A DNA stretch of 64,000 nucleotides from Candidatus Bathyarchaeota archaeon (GTDB taxonomy: Archaea > Thermoproteota > Bathyarchaeia > 40CM-2-53-6), in NCBI GenBank assembly GCA_963845275.1, contig CAWJRR010000002.1:204901-268900 (forward strand), in the 5' to 3' direction. Positions 34,276 to 43,186 of the stretch are shown here, piece after piece; the stretch's first letter is position 1, and each line of letters opens with the position of its first letter. The translations under genes were made by a program, and so were the position numbers. The notes beneath the pieces were generated by a model. The model saw only the letters and a program-made list of their open reading frames with translations, was not told the origin of the DNA and made no database searches.

Positions 34276-35919
34276 TTGCACAAGCGGGGAATGCCCGTGT
34301 CGGAGTTTTGTATTTTGAAACCAGATGATATTTTCGTTAGGAAAGCAAGCGGTATGGTTAGAGGATACAACCTACTCGACATGTTCGTTTTTAATATGAA
34401 CGGACTCGCCCCATCAGCTATGATGTCTGGCATGGTGGCCATAACTGCAGCATATTATCCGGCAGCTAATGTTTTATGGACGCTGTTATTGGCCTCGCCC
34501 TTCGTATTCTGCTTCGCCTATTGCTACGCAGCTCTGTCGGCCGCGATGCCTCGTAGTGGTGGAGACTACGTGTTTGCCAGTCGCATAATCAATCCCGTCG
34601 TTGGATTGGCGGGCGGAGTAGTCTACAATCTGCCTGTTCATATGCTTGCTGATGCTGGTTTTGCAATCTATTTCTTCACGTACGTCATCCCTATGACGCT
34701 GGTTCTCTCATTCCCAGGCAACCCAACCGTCCAAGGAATGGTCAATATGATGTCGAATAATTGGGTGATCTTCGGTCTTGGAACTGTGGTCACTATTTTG
34801 GCTGTTGGTACTGCAATACTTGGGGCAAAAGTCTGGAAAGCCGTCATGTGGATTATTTTCATCTTTGGGATGATCTCAGTCGTTCTTATAATAGGCATTC
34901 TTGCGAGCACTAACACTACTGGTTTCATCCAAGCGTTCAACGCATTTGCAGCCAAGTATGGGACATCATATGATGGAATTATTCAGACGGCAACAGCGAA
35001 AGGATGGCAACCGACTCCTGATAGTATCTTCATCAGTATAGCGCCGATGGTTATTCTGTACACGTACGTTTTCACAGCATGGCCAGTCTGGATGTCGAGC
35101 GAAGTCAAGTCAGCAGAGAAATCTGTCCCGTTCGCAACATTCGCTTCAATTATTCTAGCTCAGATTATAGGAATTGTAATTGCTGCACTCTACGAAAACG
35201 TGATTCCAAAGGACTTCATGAGTGCCGCTAGTTATCTTGCGTACAACGCGCCCAGCGGGTCTTATCCCCTTCCCTGGAATCCCGAGATCATAACAATAAT
35301 CAGCTCAATCGCGCACACCCCAATCGTAACGCTCCTCATCGGTATGGGAATAACCATGTTCAATCTATCATTCATTTTCGGTGATATCGTTATAACGTCC
35401 AGGACATTGTTCTACTGGTCGTTCGACAGACTCATCCCGAAGAAGTTTGCTTCTCTTACGACCAGATGGAGGACGCCCGCTTTTGCGCTGATTTTCTATG
35501 GCATCATCGTTGAAATAGCGTTGGCTATCGCACTCTCATTTAATGTTCTATACGTGCTGTCAAACTGCCAAGTGCTCATCGTAATCAGCTTCACTCCTGC
35601 CCAATTCGCCGCTCTCTTCCTAGCATATAGGGGACGGAGCATCTGGGAGAAGGCACCAGGCTGGGTTCAGAAGAAGATCGCTGGCATTCCCTTACTCGCG
35701 GTTATTGGCGGTGTGTCTTCAGCATTCCAAGTCGTGATGATCGTATTGGCGACGTTAGTCTTTCCACTCTTCGGGGGACCCATAACCCTAGCTGGAGTTG
35801 CATTCATGTTGTTCTGGATACTCGTAGCGATTCCCTGGTACTACTTTGCGAGGTATTACCACCTGAAGAAGGAGGGAATGGATATTGCGTGGGCGTTTAA
35901 GTCCGTTCCGCCCGCGTAA
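34276..35919 (+). CDS. APC-superfamily amino acid/polyamine permease
   Basis: 547 aa with about 12-13 hydrophobic helices and an SGGDYVF motif in the first helices. The start codon is uncertain. Confidence 0.75.
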   Translation: MHKRGMPVSEFCILKPDDIFVRKASGMVRGYNLLDMFVFNMNGLAPSAMMSGMVAITAAYYPAANVLWTLLLASPFVFCFAYCYAALSAAMPRSGGDYVFASRIINPVVGLAGGVVYNLPVHMLADAGFAIYFFTYVIPMTLVLSFPGNPTVQGMVNMMSNNWVIFGLGTVVTILAVGTAILGAKVWKAVMWIIFIFGMISVVLIIGILASTNTTGFIQAFNAFAAKYGTSYDGIIQTATAKGWQPTPDSIFISIAPMVILYTYVFTAWPVWMSSEVKSAEKSVPFATFASIILAQIIGIVIAALYENVIPKDFMSAASYLAYNAPSGSYPLPWNPEIITIISSIAHTPIVTLLIGMGITMFNLSFIFGDIVITSRTLFYWSFDRLIPKKFASLTTRWRTPAFALIFYGIIVEIALAIALSFNVLYVLSNCQVLIVISFTPAQFAALFLAYRGRSIWEKAPGWVQKKIAGIPLLAVIGGVSSAFQVVMIVLATLVFPLFGGPITLAGVAFMLFWILVAIPWYYFARYYHLKKEGMDIAWAFKSVPPA

Positions 35920-35958
35920 CCCCTCACATTTTGACTGCATTTTTGTTGTTCAATAAAG

Positions 35959-37665
35959 GTGAGCTGTGTGGTCGAAGCGTCGGGTGCGCGTATAGTGGCG
36001 GAAGCGCTGAGAGCAGAAGGAGTTAAGTATGTTTTTGGTGTTCCAGGAGGGCAGAGCTGCGATGTTCTGTATGACGGGCTCTACGATGTTCCTGATGTTA
36101 AACCCATCCTTGTAAGGCATGAAGAAGCTGGAGTTTTCATGGCTTATGCATACGCCAGGCTGACGGGTGAGCCAGGAGTGTGTACTGGGACGGTCGGACC
36201 TGGGGCTCAGCATCTCGTCAGTGGAATAGCGGAGGCTTGGTCCGGTTGTATGCCAATAGTTGCACTTGCTTCCCAAGTTTCAACCGAGATCGAATGGATG
36301 GGAGCCCTACAGGATTTCCCTCAACAGACAGCAATATTTGCTCCTTTCACGAAGTGGAGTGTGCGCATTCCAAGAACTGATCGTATTGCATGGTATATGC
36401 GGCGAGCTTTTCAAACAGCGACCACGGGCAAGCCGGGCCCAGTTTTTATGGAAATTCCAGATGACGTTGGTCTCCGTAAGATCGAAATGCCTGCGTATGT
36501 GCGTTCAATTCGCCCACTTCGAGTGAGACCTTCAAGAGAGCAGGTGAAGGAAGTTGGAGAACTCATAATTAAGGCGGAGAGACCTGTCATTGTCGCTGGT
36601 GGAGGCGTCTACTTATCCAGAGCTTTTAAAGAGTTAAGGAATTTCGCTGAGATGCTTGCAATACCTGTGCTGACCAGTGCGGGCGGGAAGGGTTCGATCC
36701 AAGAGGATCACCCTCTATGGGCTGGTTGCTTGGGCCTGTATCGAACGGATATAGGAAAGAAAGTGTGGGAAGAAGCCGACTTGGTCATAGGCGTCGGAAC
36801 TAGGTTTGAGGAAATGGAATCTGCGGCATGGAAGTGGTTCCCCAAGAGCGCGAAATTGATACAGATCGATATCGATCCAACTGAAATAGCAAGAAACTGG
36901 ATACCAACCGCGTCAATGGTCGGTGATGCGAAGTTGGCATTGGAAGACTTGATTGAATACATTTCCGAGAGAATCAAAAAGGTCAGCTATCAAGAAGCTC
37001 CTAGAGTTAAGGAACTCATCACGGCCAAGAACGAATTTGAAGACGGCCTCAGAGAAGAATTGAAGAAAGGGAAAGTAACAAAGGTCCTTCAGATAATGAA
37101 GGAGGCTAGGAAGATCTTTGACAAAGACGCTATTCTTGTTCACGAAAATGGCTCCTTGGATATATGGTCATATTCCTATTTTCCCGTTCTTAGTACTGGG
37201 ATGGATGTGATGCCGGCAGGTCAGACATGTATGGGTTTCGGGGTGGCAGCAGTAATAGGTGCGAAGCTGGCCATGCCAGAGAGACAGGCTGTATGCGTAA
37301 CTGGAGATGGCGCTTTCCAGATGATGATGGACAATCTTTCAGTGGCAACGCAATACAAAGCGCCCGCTACGTGGATCATACTCGATAACTCCTGCTTAGG
37401 ATGGATACGATGGTTGCAACACTTGATCTATAGAGACAGATACATATGCGCGGACTTTGAGGTGCAACCAGATTTTGCAAAGATAGCTGAAGCCCACGGC
37501 TGTTTCGGAGAGAAGATTGAGAAACCCCAAGATATCAAGATAGCGTTGGAAAATGCGGTAAAAGCAAACGAAGAAAACGTGCCAGCGGTACTGGACTTTG
37601 TGGTGGAACCGTTTGATCATTATCGCAGCTTCGTAGACTTTCACAAGTTCCAATTAGGGGGTTAA
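35959..37665 (+). CDS. Thiamine-diphosphate-dependent enzyme, acetolactate synthase large-subunit-like family
   Basis: N-terminal PYR domain (GVKYVFGVPGG...HEEAGVFMA...G), central domain, and the ThDP-binding motif GDGAFQMMMDNLSVA...ILDN. Confidence 0.8.
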   Translation: MSCVVEASGARIVAEALRAEGVKYVFGVPGGQSCDVLYDGLYDVPDVKPILVRHEEAGVFMAYAYARLTGEPGVCTGTVGPGAQHLVSGIAEAWSGCMPIVALASQVSTEIEWMGALQDFPQQTAIFAPFTKWSVRIPRTDRIAWYMRRAFQTATTGKPGPVFMEIPDDVGLRKIEMPAYVRSIRPLRVRPSREQVKEVGELIIKAERPVIVAGGGVYLSRAFKELRNFAEMLAIPVLTSAGGKGSIQEDHPLWAGCLGLYRTDIGKKVWEEADLVIGVGTRFEEMESAAWKWFPKSAKLIQIDIDPTEIARNWIPTASMVGDAKLALEDLIEYISERIKKVSYQEAPRVKELITAKNEFEDGLREELKKGKVTKVLQIMKEARKIFDKDAILVHENGSLDIWSYSYFPVLSTGMDVMPAGQTCMGFGVAAVIGAKLAMPERQAVCVTGDGAFQMMMDNLSVATQYKAPATWIILDNSCLGWIRWLQHLIYRDRYICADFEVQPDFAKIAEAHGCFGEKIEKPQDIKIALENAVKANEENVPAVLDFVVEPFDHYRSFVDFHKFQLGG

Positions 37666-37774
37666 TGGTTTGTCTTCTCGCATTTGCATTCAATCATCGG
37701 CCTCAGGGAAAGACAGACGACGCCATAGTCGTTAGGCTTAGTTATGGAAGTGTTGACGTAAAACGAGTTGACGA

Positions 37775-38809
37775 GTGGCATTTTCGTGTATCGGCAGTCT
37801 ATTGGAGTTTTCTTCCATGAAGAAATTCGTTAATGATGTCGCTCATGTAGTTGAAGAAGAACTACAAGGAATGGTGCTTCTGTATCCCAATGTTCTGCGT
37901 CGTCTAGTCGGGACCAATGTTATCGTAAGGCGTGATTCCCCCATAATTGGGAAAGTGGCCCTAGTAAGTGGCGGGGGTAGTGGTCACGAACCCCTTCATT
38001 GCGGATATGTAGGTAGAGGTATGCTTGACGGAGCAATTGCTGGCGAAATATTCACGTCACCCCCACCAAATCAAATCTATGATGCCATAAGAGAAGTGCA
38101 CGGAGGGAAGGGAGTTTTGCTTATCGTTAAGAATTATGCGGGGGATATCATGAACTTCAAATTGGCCGAGGAATTGGCAACAGACAACAGCATTGAGATA
38201 AAGCACGTCATTATTCACGATGATATCGCATTAACACCGGTCGAGAGAAGACGAGGAGTCGCCGGAACGATACTATGTCACAAAATTGCTGGCGCCAAAG
38301 CGGAAGAGGGCGCGGATCTTGTTGATGTCGAGAGACTGGCTCAAAGGGTCGTTTCGAACGTAAGGTCTATGGGAGTCGCATTGACATCTTGTACGCTTCT
38401 GCACGTCGGCAAGCCAATGTTTGCCCTTCAAGATGATGAAATGGAACTCGGGATTGGCATCCATGGTGAGCGCGGAGTTCAAAGGACCAAGATGGTCACA
38501 GCTGATCAAATTGCTGAAGTTTTGGTGAGCAGCGTTTCTGATGATTTGGATTTGAAAAAAGGAGACGAGGTTGTAACAATGATTAATGGAATGGGGGGTA
38601 CTTCCCTAATGGAATTATTGATCATATCACGTAAAGCTCTGCAGCTTCTCGGAGCTCGTGAAATCAAGAACTTCAAGTCATTAATAGGAAACTTTGTTAC
38701 TTCTCTTGACATGGCCGGCGCTTCGCTCACGCTACTCCGAGTGGATGATGAAATGAAAGCGATGCTTCTAGCGCCTCAATTCACTCCAAACTTTCCGATG
38801 TTAATCTAA
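37775..38809 (+). CDS. dhaK: Dihydroxyacetone kinase, DhaK subunit
   Basis: KKFVND..., VALVSGGGSGHEPLHCGYVGRGMLDGA, GVLLIVKNYAGD. The likely true start is the ATG at 37817. Confidence 0.88.
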   Translation: MAFSCIGSLLEFSSMKKFVNDVAHVVEEELQGMVLLYPNVLRRLVGTNVIVRRDSPIIGKVALVSGGGSGHEPLHCGYVGRGMLDGAIAGEIFTSPPPNQIYDAIREVHGGKGVLLIVKNYAGDIMNFKLAEELATDNSIEIKHVIIHDDIALTPVERRRGVAGTILCHKIAGAKAEEGADLVDVERLAQRVVSNVRSMGVALTSCTLLHVGKPMFALQDDEMELGIGIHGERGVQRTKMVTADQIAEVLVSSVSDDLDLKKGDEVVTMINGMGGTSLMELLIISRKALQLLGAREIKNFKSLIGNFVTSLDMAGASLTLLRVDDEMKAMLLAPQFTPNFPMLI

Positions 38810-38828
38810 CTTAATCTTTGCCTACGAG

Positions 38829-39503
38829 TTGGTAAGCATGATTCGAATCATCAGCGCTACTGATGTATGTCTGATAGCCCGTGACATTTCTGCCAATATT
38901 CACGAAAAGGTTGGCTACCTGACTGAGTTGGATTCTCAACTTGGCGACGGAGATCATGGGCTGAATCTGGAGCGCGGCTTCCGCCAGGTTGTTGAACGCT
39001 TAGCTCCAATACAGGAGAGTGACGTAGGGAGTATTCTAGAGATGATTGGCTCGACTCTGCTCAGCTCTGTCGGTGGCGCAACCGGACCTTTGTATGGCAC
39101 CGCGTTCAAGAGAGCGGGACGATCATGCAGAGGCAAGACTGAGATAGGTATCTCAGAAATCACTCAAATATTCGAAGCCGCGGAAGAGGGTATAATGAGT
39201 ATCGGAGGAGCGAAGCCGGGTGACAAAACCATTCTGGATGCGCTTCATCCTGCATCTGAAGCGGCGCGAATAGCAGCCAGGCGCGGTGAGCGCGACCTGG
39301 TTCGCGCTTTCGACGAGATGGTGAGTGCTGCGGAATTGGGACTGGAAGGAACAAAGAGTCTTGTTGCAGTCAAAGGACGAGCAAGCTATATGAAGGAGAG
39401 AGGAATAGGGCACTACGATGTCGGCGCAGCTTCTTTCTGCATAATGCTTAGATCAACCTTGGAGACTTTGAGGCGCATAAATAAGCAAGTCCAGAACTCG
39501 TAG
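38829..39503 (+). CDS. dhaL: Dihydroxyacetone kinase, DhaL (nucleotide-binding) subunit
   Basis: LDSQLGDGDHGLNLERGF, GGATGPLYGTAF, GAKPGDKTILDAL. Confidence 0.85.
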   Translation: MVSMIRIISATDVCLIARDISANIHEKVGYLTELDSQLGDGDHGLNLERGFRQVVERLAPIQESDVGSILEMIGSTLLSSVGGATGPLYGTAFKRAGRSCRGKTEIGISEITQIFEAAEEGIMSIGGAKPGDKTILDALHPASEAARIAARRGERDLVRAFDEMVSAAELGLEGTKSLVAVKGRASYMKERGIGHYDVGAASFCIMLRSTLETLRRINKQVQNS

Positions 39504-39504
39504 G

Positions 39505-39900
39505 GTATTGTATGATGGAGAACGTCTTTCGTCCAAACCGATGAGCCAAGTCCGTACACGACCTTGTTACTCTTCTCAATTACGTCGTCGTAACTGTTGA
39601 ATTTCAGCACTGTGAAGACGGGGCCGAATATTTCTTGCATCACTATAGACGAGTCGTGGTTCTCTGTTTGAATAACCGTTGGTTGAATGTAGTACCCGTC
39701 CTCGTGATCAGGAATTTCGGGGCGTTCAGCTGCCTATGTAGCTCTCAACATTGTTCCTGTGTGCGGCTGAGATCATTGGTCTTAGGTCAGTCATATTGTC
39801 TTGGGTGTCACCAATCACGACCTTGCTGAGCTCTTCGTTAAGTCTCCTCGTGAACTTGTCTACGACAGATTCGTGGACATAATACCTCGTCGAGTTAGCG
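39505..39900 (-). pseudogene. Aldehyde dehydrogenase remnant (middle to C-terminal part only, frameshifted)
   Basis: Minus-strand pieces in two frames: RYYVHESVVDKFTRRLNEELSKVVIGDTQDNMTDLRPMISAAHRNNVESYI and GYYIQPTVIQTENHDSSIVMQEIFGPVFTVLKFNSYDDVIEKSNKVVYGLGSSVWTKD. No N-terminal half is present. Confidence 0.7.
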
Positions 39901-40681
39901 CAGTCTTGGGAGAAAGCACATGGCCACCATCCTCTTCGATCGCATCAATTACCTCACGAATGGGGGAGGTGTGAAAAAGACCGTTCATCCTAGCCCCTAT
40001 GCCTTGAACTAGGTTCGGTTCTTGTGTGATTACAGTGCCTGCACCATCGCAGACGGTAACAGCCGCATCCACACCTTTCCTCTCTAATGCGTACATCATC
40101 ATTTCTGAAGCCCCAAAATGAATGACTACATCACATCGTTGAAGCTCTCTTCTAGTTGTAAAATGGCCGAAACGGTTAATCTTCGATCCTACACCCGCCG
40201 CTATCATTTGCCTCTTCGATTCAAGGCTGCAGGTCTCAAATCCCTTCATGCAATCATACACAGAACTCGATAAAGGACAGTAATCCATCCGGGTATCCGC
40301 AACCTTAATGACCTCCCTGTTCGAAACTGCCACCAGACCACCACACATTCTTGTCACATGAAGGTCTTCTGGCAAGCCGCATCTCTCATCCCTAATTGCG
40401 TTCAGAAACACTTTCACTTCGACGCCACCCTTCATCTCAGACATCCATACCGAAGCCGCAGAAGGGTTATTCGACAAACTATTCAAACATACGTTCGGTA
40501 GCGTTGCAAATGAAGTCGAAGAGCAAAGGCTCGGATCGGTGACATGAGGCAGTCGTTCAACATCTCTAAATGCGGCACAAATATTGAAGAAAACTTGAGA
40601 ATGAAGCACTCCTTCAACTCTGCCGCGCATCTCACAGCATTTTCGAGGATATTTCGAATCACGCGTAACTTGCAAATTCAA
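39860..40681 (-). CDS. DUF2099 (methanogenesis-marker-8-like) family protein, probably truncated at the 3' end
   Basis: YCPL..., VCDGAGTVITQEPNLVQGIGARMNGLFHTSPIREVIDAIEE matches my recollection of DUF2099. The C-terminus runs into the ALDH remnant in another frame. Confidence 0.45.
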   Translation of the reverse strand: MNLQVTRDSKYPRKCCEMRGRVEGVLHSQVFFNICAAFRDVERLPHVTDPSLCSSTSFATLPNVCLNSLSNNPSAASVWMSEMKGGVEVKVFLNAIRDERCGLPEDLHVTRMCGGLVAVSNREVIKVADTRMDYCPLSSSVYDCMKGFETCSLESKRQMIAAGVGSKINRFGHFTTRRELQRCDVVIHFGASEMMMYALERKGVDAAVTVCDGAGTVITQEPNLVQGIGARMNGLFHTSPIREVIDAIEEDGGHVLSPKTALTRRGIMSTNLS

Positions 40682-40820
40682 TCAAAGTCCGTATATCAGG
40701 TCCTTCACATTCTAAAGACGAAAACTCAAAAAGGAGTCACTACACCCTCGTAATCGCCCTAGTGCTCACCGATACCTTCCTTGGATCTCTGCAATCATGG
40801 TGGGAGTTACTAGTAAACTG

Positions 40821-40846
40821 GGGTTCAAATCCCACCCCCGGCGCCA
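40821..40846 (+). repeat. attR core: orphan copy of the tRNA 3' end
   Basis: It is identical to 12092-12117 over 26 nt. The upstream sequence cannot form the 5' tRNA half. TTACTAGTAA lies at 40807-40816. Confidence 0.8.
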
Positions 40847-40951
40847 GAACGATAACCCATAGGGTTCTCGATTCAACGTTCTCAGTCAGTTACATGAACA
40901 CGCGTTTGGCCGAACGTTCTCAACGGATTGTGTAATTTCATGGCAATAATG

Positions 40952-41365
40952 TTAGAGAAACCAACTCACGATTTTGACTGGTTCCAGCCTTACCATCACA
41001 GTAGAATCATTAAGCTTGAACTTCTCTCGGTACTGAACATATTTCTCCCTTAGCAGCGACAAGCTTCTCCACTGTTCCTCCTGGCCTGGTTGAAGAAATA
41101 TCGCTTTGCCGTAGACAAGAATCCCCTTGTTACCGGACCAATCATCTACGTAAGAATCAAGCTCAACCGAGACGACATTGTTCTTCTTGAGATTTCGCCA
41201 TCGTTTCGCGCTTTTATTTGCACAGTGAACGTAGAAGTTGCGTCCATCGAAGGCGAAGCAAAGTGGCACGCTATGGAGCTGGCCGTCAGGCGTCAAGGAA
41301 TTGAATCTCAAAACACCTTGGCTGGCAATGAAGACCTTTTCCTCTTCAGAGAATTCACTTACCAT
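40952..41365 (-). CDS. Pyridoxamine 5'-phosphate oxidase-like (FMN/F420 split-barrel) family protein
   Basis: 137 aa. The FIASQGVLRFNSLTPDGQLHSVPLCFAFDGRNFYVH pattern is typical of PPOX-class proteins. Confidence 0.55.
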   Translation of the reverse strand: MVSEFSEEEKVFIASQGVLRFNSLTPDGQLHSVPLCFAFDGRNFYVHCANKSAKRWRNLKKNNVVSVELDSYVDDWSGNKGILVYGKAIFLQPGQEEQWRSLSLLREKYVQYREKFKLNDSTVMVRLEPVKIVSWFL

Positions 41366-41375
41366 GCTCGTCGCC

Positions 41376-41948
41376 TCACGACAGCGCCTTCAGGATTTCT
41401 GCTGTCATTCTTACCCGTCCAATCCTCTTCAAGACGAATTCGATTGAGCTGTTGTGGGCTTCTGTGGAACGGTCTGACATTGCGTCTTCAGCGAAGATTT
41501 GCTGGTAGCCATATTCATACGCGAACCTAGCAGTACTCTCAACTCCGTAAGTCGTTGCGATGCCTGCAAGCACAATTGTATCGAGCCTCCCGCGTCTGAG
41601 CCGGAGGTCTAGGTCAGTTCCGTAGAATGCACCCCACTGTCTTTTCGTTATCACGACATCGGATGGTGCAGGTCCCAGCTCTGGCACTATATCCGCCCAA
41701 TCTGCCGGTACCTCTCCCCTCGATGGCATCACGGAGTCAGCGACTGGTTGGAGGGCTGTCTGTTTAGAGAAGGCAACATGCACAAGAAAGACTGACATTT
41801 TGTTCGCTCTGAAAGCCTCAGCCAACTTGGCAGCGTTCGATATAACCGTCTTCGTGTCATATGGCTCAGTCGGCATTGACGTGATCCCCTTCTGAAGGTC
41901 TATCACCACAAGACACGTCTTTCGCTTGTCAATAGTAAGATCCGTCAA
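41376..41948 (-). CDS. Isochorismatase-family cysteine hydrolase
   Basis: CLVVIDLQKG, ITKRQWGAFYGTDLD..LR, TIVLAGIATTYGVESTAR (catalytic D-K-C arrangement). Confidence 0.8.
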   Translation of the reverse strand: MTDLTIDKRKTCLVVIDLQKGITSMPTEPYDTKTVISNAAKLAEAFRANKMSVFLVHVAFSKQTALQPVADSVMPSRGEVPADWADIVPELGPAPSDVVITKRQWGAFYGTDLDLRLRRGRLDTIVLAGIATTYGVESTARFAYEYGYQQIFAEDAMSDRSTEAHNSSIEFVLKRIGRVRMTAEILKALS

Positions 41949-41984
41949 TTATCCTCACACACTTCCACGATGAACTCTCAGGTT

Positions 41985-43070
41985 TCATGGTTCACGGTGT
42001 TCGGCCATGCGCGAGTAAAGGCCTCCCAACAGTCGGTCCTTACCGATGGGGCTGGCTAGGAAGTTGTGTGGGAATCCTAAGTCAATCCTGCTCGCTTCAT
42101 CTAGTTGGCGAAGGTGTTCTTCTGAGAGTGTAACGTCAAGGCTATTCAAGTTGTCACGTATTTGACTCAGTCGACGGGCTCCGAGTATTGGAACAATCGA
42201 ACCGGGGCGCGTGCGGAGCCATGCGAGCGCAACTTGGGACGGGGTGCACCCAATCTCTTTGGCAACATCTACAACTAATCGTGCGATCGTGATGTTCCGC
42301 TCGTTCGCTTTCTGGCTATTGCCTGCATCGAGCCGCCGCTCAACTCCAGTAGGTCCGTTAGTCTTCGTGGCAGATGGCGGTGCGTCGTTATACTTTCCGG
42401 TTAGGACACCTGACCCGAGTACACCCCATGGAGTCACTGTCATTCCTAGGCTGCGAGCCATAGGCAGAAGATCGTGTTCAGGCGTACGTTCGATGAGACT
42501 GTACTCGATTTGAAGCGCTATGAAAGGCGACAATCCACGTAACTCAGCTAACGTGTTAGCTTGACTCACAATCCACGCGGGCGTGTCAGAAACTCCAACG
42601 TAGAGTACCTTCCCTGACCGCACGAGATCATCGAGGGCCCGCATAACCTCCTCAACGGGGGTAGAGAAATCCCAAGCATGCAACCAGAAGAGGTCAACGT
42701 AATCCGTCCCAAGCCGTTTCAGGCTTCCCTCCAGCGAACGAAACATGCTTTTGCGATGGTTGCCGCCACTGTTAGGGTCACCCCTAACTGTGGGAAAAGA
42801 GTACTTCGTGGCAAGAACAAATCTGTCACGATCAGAGCTAATCAGCTCCCCAACGATTCGCTCGCTAGTTCCATTCGTGTAGCCGTTAGCCGTGTCAATG
42901 AAGTTGCCGCCACGTTCAACGAAACAATCAAAAATCGCTCGGCATTCCTCCTTCGAAGCACCCCAACCCCAATCTTCTCCAAACGTCATGGTACCCAGAC
43001 ATAATTCGGAAACTCGAAGTCCGCTTGGACCAAGATAACGAAACTTCACGGCATCGGTCACATTATTCAC
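41985..43070 (-). CDS. Aldo/keto reductase
   Basis: RYLGPSGLRVSELCLGTMTFG, NFIDTANGY, DLFWLHAWD, IALQIEYSL. Confidence 0.85.
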   Translation of the reverse strand: MNNVTDAVKFRYLGPSGLRVSELCLGTMTFGEDWGWGASKEECRAIFDCFVERGGNFIDTANGYTNGTSERIVGELISSDRDRFVLATKYSFPTVRGDPNSGGNHRKSMFRSLEGSLKRLGTDYVDLFWLHAWDFSTPVEEVMRALDDLVRSGKVLYVGVSDTPAWIVSQANTLAELRGLSPFIALQIEYSLIERTPEHDLLPMARSLGMTVTPWGVLGSGVLTGKYNDAPPSATKTNGPTGVERRLDAGNSQKANERNITIARLVVDVAKEIGCTPSQVALAWLRTRPGSIVPILGARRLSQIRDNLNSLDVTLSEEHLRQLDEASRIDLGFPHNFLASPIGKDRLLGGLYSRMAEHREP

Positions 43071-43186
43071 CTATGACTCTAGAAGCGAAAGACAATTTCG
43101 CTATAAGAAGCTGCTGAGCCAGCGAGTTCGCTTACACAGATCTTGTGCGCCCTGCTAGAACGTTAGCCATATCTTCATTGATACTA

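Larger units (their letters stand above)
12118..40846. mobile_element. tRNA-integrated genomic island (~28.7 kb), possibly composite
   Basis: It has 26-bp exact direct repeats at both ends and a tyrosine integrase adjacent to the tRNA. TTACTAGTAA palindromes sit on the island side of both junctions. The cargo is defence genes, nucleases, transposases and gene remnants. Confidence 0.7.

Noticed and set aside
39413-39829. Track ORFs 39413-39643 (minus) and 39635-39829 (plus) as real genes
   Set aside because: The minus ORF is part of the ALDH remnant running into dhaL. The plus ORF is antisense to the remnant.
40780-40846. A complete tRNA gene at the right island border
   Set aside because: Identity to the tRNA starts only at GGGTTCAAATCC. 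No GCCGGGG acceptor 5' strand, D arm or anticodon arm lies upstream.
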